Of a DNA stretch of 64,000 bases, positions 62,066-64,000 are shown piece after piece. Both the position numbers and the translations under genes were made by a program. The stretch is from positions 3,844,001-3,908,000 of the forward strand of contig JBHGNT010000013.1 in the NCBI GenBank assembly GCA_043228905.1, in the 5' to 3' direction. The notes below the pieces were generated by a model. It was not told the origin of the DNA. It did no database searches and saw only the letters and a list, made by a program, of their open reading frames with translations. Each line of letters opens with the position of its first letter. Position 1 is the first letter of the stretch. This DNA comes from Azolla caroliniana. Lineage: Eukaryota; Plantae; Polypodiophyta.

Positions 62066-63700
62066 TTAGAGATAGTACTAGAGCCGGGGAGAATTATCAC
62101 TAAAGAGAGAGAGAGAAAGAATTAGGATTAGTATTAAGAAGAGGAAAAGTGTGTGGAGACTCATGAGAAAATGAGAGAGAGAGAGAGAGAGAGAGAAGAG
62201 AATGATGATAACAAGTGGTATACTATATGAAGAGAAGATACAAGAGTAGCTAGGAGGCTTAAGACTGGCGTTCAACCAAATTGGTTCTGAATAATGTCAT
62301 GTGCCTCTATTTATAGTACTCTCAGGAGTACTCCTGAAATTTCTAGAATGTTCCAGAGTAATATGGAATATACATGAATTTCCTATGGTGAAATAATAAA
62401 TGAAAATAATATTTTCATATTACAACGCATGCATGGTTTAATGGTAAGGGTTTAACCCATGTAATACAAGGTGATGAGTTCGAATAATTTTGGAGCCATA
62501 CCATGATGCCATATCATGACACTATCCCCCCCTTTAAATGACGAGTGTTATGAGTCGTCTTTGATTTAGGACCTAGGTTTGTCAAGATATTGACGATGGA
62601 AGTCTTCAAGAAGAGCTCGAGCATTCACCAAATTCGTCACTGGTTCCCAAGTACGCTCGCTTGGACTATATCCTAGCCAATCGACCAAATAATAGAGCTT
62701 TGTTGTGAACAATCTTGGAGTTGAGGATAGCAGCAACCTCATACTCAAGTCCATCTTCAAGTTCGATCAGGGGTGGAGCTGGTGTAATATGATCTGGAAT
62801 AGTGTTGATAGGGTTCTAGGAGAGAACTATGAAATACCGGATGTATCCGTAGTTGCGGAGGTAGATCAAGGTGAAAAGTGACATCATTAATTTTTTGTTA
62901 ATATGGAAAGGGCCGAACCGTCGATAATTCAGTTTTTCACACAATCGAGTAGTCTTGATGTATCATCGTAATAACCATACTTGATCTCCAATATTAAAAG
63001 AGGATGGAAGTTGATGACGATCCACATAGTCCTGTGTTTGCTGGGCGTGATGTAGGTGGGTAGATATTTATGCCTGAATTCTTCGTAACCACTCCAAATG
63101 ATCCTTTGCACTAGGATTTGTAGGTAACTCAGGAGTTTCTAACACACACCAGCGAGGATGATAGCCGATATAATTGTAGAATAGTGTAACCCTAGTAGAG
63201 GAGTGGATAGAATTATTATAAGCAAATTCAGCAAAGTGTAGAATATCTGCCCAATCATCTTGTTGATAGCTTAGGAAACACCGAAGATACTATTCCAGCG
63301 TTTGATTGGTGCGTTCTGCTTGTCCATCTGTTTGGGGATGATAGCCAGATGAGAGATTGCAGGTGACCTTGAGCATTTTAAAGATATGCTTCCAAAATTT
63401 AGAGATGAATTGCGGTCCACGATCACTGACGATACTGTCGGGAAGACCATGATGCCGAAATACTTCAGGCATAACAATTCCAAAAGTTTCTTCATTAGTG
63501 ATTTCTTAGTATAGGTATGAAATGTGTCATCTTAGTATATCGATCTACCATTGTTCAGATTGCATTGAAGCCCCATTCAGTCGAAAGATCTGCGATAAAA
63601 TCGAGAGAAATAGATTGCCATGGTTTTCTTGGGATCGATAATGGCTCCAAGAAACCATATGGATGATGTCACGGTTGTTGGCATAAAATTCTGACTCCTT
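62066..63700 (-). mobile_element. 3' part of a chromovirus related to 18020-20210
   Basis: LTR about 62066-62521 (A/B boxes at 62434/62477), PPT 62522-62537, chromodomain YYLVDWLGY...TWEP, integrase SDRGPQF...DGQAE. Confidence 0.85.
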
Positions 63701-64000
63701 CCAATTTGTATCCTAATATATAACCAATAACCTGACGATGTCGTGGTGTGGCGTGTCCACTGTGAGAAAAAGCGAGGTTCCACATGCATCGCTTGAAGTC
63801 ATGTACAAATAATAATAATTATTATTATATGTTGAAAGGTGTAGAGTTCGAGTCTCCCTTAGCCAATATCTAGGAACATTTTGTTCCCCTTGTTTTTTGT
63901 GATAAAGGTAATAGAAAAAAAAGCATGTAACGTTAAAATAAGCGTCTCTTTCCACTATAAGTGGGGAGGAATAGGGCCTATTATGGGGTCGCCCATTTTG

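Noticed and set aside
63700-64000. Possible further LTR with a B-box-like AGTTCGAGTCT (about 63846)
   Set aside because: No matching A box, termini or second copy can be established before the window edge.

Overview
This is a eukaryotic, plant-type (probably bryophyte-like; species cannot be determined) heterochromatic window made almost entirely of nested transposable elements, with no recognisable host gene. I resolved about 20 elements or fragments by LTR pairs, termini and target-site duplications (TSDs). They comprise self-priming chromodomain Ty3/Gypsy elements (1127-6795, 42904-51852, plus related remnants at 18020-20210 and 62066-63700), an iMet-primed gag-less chromovirus (23530-27646), two related Ty1/Copia elements (8287-14276, 14764-39060) flanking a TA/TG array, and a tRNA-Trp-primed Gypsy group with 4-bp CpG-centred TSDs that includes two non-autonomous derivatives. 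There are also several solo LTRs and a 16.5-kb Sola2-like DNA transposon (21045-37569) with a spliced DDD transposase and a convergent coiled-coil/RING-H2 cargo gene. The most striking unexplained signal is an antisense tRNA-type Pol III A-box/B-box module with 42-44 nt spacing near the U3 end of several otherwise unrelated Gypsy LTR families. All assignments come from reading motifs by eye; no searches were run.
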